Positions 63,002 to 64,000 of a stretch of DNA of 64,000 bases are shown one piece after another. Under the pieces are notes generated by a model that made no database searches, was not told where the DNA came from, and saw only the letters and a program-made list of their open reading frames with translations. The translations under genes and the position numbers were made by a program. The stretch lies in the sequence record NC_049849.1; one strand, written 5' to 3'. The first letter of the stretch is position 1, and every line of letters begins with the position of its first letter.

Positions 63002-63876
63002 CCTCTAGCACTATGACCATCGGTCAGAAATTCAAAGAGCCGGTCAAGCAAACCATCATTCCGATCATGGAGTATGCTGGTAGCACTGGCATCCTGCATG
63101 GCTTCTTTCCGATTGCCGAAACCACGTTTGAAGGAACCGAAACCACGTTCGAGGTTGAGCCTGGCGCTTCGGTTCCGCTGATGGCAATTCGTCAACCGGA
63201 CATTGAAGAGTCGCCCAATGGCTACGGTGCTCCCGAGCTGATGGTCGCGTTCTACAACTACGAGCAGTCGCGAGAAGAACCCTGGCGTGGTTATGCCAAC
63301 TGGGTCACGCTGGATCGTATGGGCTACGTCTCGCGTTGGGTCGCACCTGCCGGCGGTATCTCGTACCGAAACATTTTCTTCCCTGGTTACCTGGTGGCTT
63401 CCATGCGCGAAGCAATGAATCGCTACAACTTCACGAACCCTGGCCCGGCTCCGACGCCGCCCGATGGCGAAGATGGTGCGCTGCAATGGATCAACACCGT
63501 TGCTCTGAGCCCCACCAATGGTGAGTGCGCCTTCTTCGACTTCAACTGGGTGCAGCTGTTCAAGTCGACTCCGATCCCTGGCATTGTTCCCGGTTCGGTT
63601 GTTCCGACCAACATCCGCATCAACAGCAATCCGGCCGGTGGCGAGTTCAAGGCCGTCGTGGTTCAGTCTGCGCAGTCTGTTGCTCCTGGTGGCGGCATCG
63701 TGTTTGACACCATCCGCGTCATCAAGCTTGCTCACGACGTGGAGCCCGGCGACTATCTGTTCACCTTCACCATCTTCGCCAACGTGTTTGCCTCGGGCAG
63801 CCTGACGAATGCAGTGCAAGTGACCAAGGATGTTACCCTGACTCTGACGGTCAAGTCACCCGCAGGCAATTCGTAA
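62998..63876 (+). CDS. two-domain beta-rich protein with Pro linker and Ig-like C-terminus (possible virion decoration)
   Basis: PGPAPTPPDG linker; VEPGDYLFTFTI...VTLTLTVK. Confidence 0.6.
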   Translation: MTSSTMTIGQKFKEPVKQTIIPIMEYAGSTGILHGFFPIAETTFEGTETTFEVEPGASVPLMAIRQPDIEESPNGYGAPELMVAFYNYEQSREEPWRGYANWVTLDRMGYVSRWVAPAGGISYRNIFFPGYLVASMREAMNRYNFTNPGPAPTPPDGEDGALQWINTVALSPTNGECAFFDFNWVQLFKSTPIPGIVPGSVVPTNIRINSNPAGGEFKAVVVQSAQSVAPGGGIVFDTIRVIKLAHDVEPGDYLFTFTIFANVFASGSLTNAVQVTKDVTLTLTVKSPAGNS

Positions 63877-63879
63877 ATA
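63872..63879 (+). promoter_or_regulatory. TCGTAAATA motif
   Basis: Overlaps the stop; upstream of ATG 63917. Confidence 0.5.
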
Positions 63880-63916
63880 ACATACGTACCCTTCCCGTTT
63901 AAGGATTCACATAATC

Positions 63917-64000
63917 ATGCAAGCAAAGATTGAATCGGCTTCGATTCAGGATGCGCTCAAGACGGTTCTCCGTCTAGCGGCCCCGGCTTCCGAGATCGGA
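63917..64000 (+). CDS. N-terminus of a protein, possibly a sliding clamp (Pol III beta-like); truncated
   Basis: AAGGA RBS; MQAKIESASIQDALKTVLRLA resembles the beta-clamp start M...I....L..AL..V; only 28 codons visible. Confidence 0.4.
   Translation, partial: MQAKIESASIQDALKTVLRLAAPASEIG

Noticed and set aside
1-64000. Stop-codon reassignment
   Set aside because: Recognisable proteins are full length in code 11, and TAA, TGA and TAG all end genes at tight junctions.

Overview
This is a 64-kb slice of a large lytic myovirus (jumbo-phage) genome, not a bacterial chromosome. Gene order and protein families resemble the RSL1/Lu11/PaBG/Alexandravirus-type group (recalled similarity, not searched), and a Betaproteobacteria-like DUF1289 hints at a Burkholderiales host. 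Layout: (1) 1-18.3 kb, + strand: probable portal C-terminus, then a T4/eCIS-like tail-baseplate operon (gp54/19-, gp26-, gp51-, gp29-, GH19 lysin, gp48-, gp53-, gp27-, gpV-, gp25-, gp6-, gp7-like, fibre, chaperone) interrupted by a free-standing GIY-YIG homing endonuclease. (2) 18.3-36.0 kb, - strand: a large set of fibre/receptor-binding proteins plus a holin-X-GH19 endolysin cassette. (3) A 440-bp structured divergent intergenic region next to a helicase-like protein (candidate origin). (4) 36.5-64 kb, + strand: many small hypothetical genes and DNA-metabolism genes (5'-3' exonuclease, PhoH, Cas4-like nuclease, DnaX-like clamp loader, AAA_28 kinase, MmcB-like nuclease, SbcC, possible beta clamp). 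Best leads: (a) three small stand-alone genes in the non-structural arm that look like isolated pieces of virion-assembly proteins (major-capsid A-domain, tail-sheath C-terminal domain, dead terminase-like ATPase), a candidate decoy suite against host immune sensors; (b) a homing-endonuclease cassette that split the gp25 gene and carries a recoded replacement N-terminus; (c) three paralogous lectin/propeller proteins beside a beta-strand-repeat protein, a possible branched fibre; (d) two distinct single-box promoter motifs. All family calls come from motif recognition by eye; no tRNA, rRNA, CRISPR array or integrase was seen.
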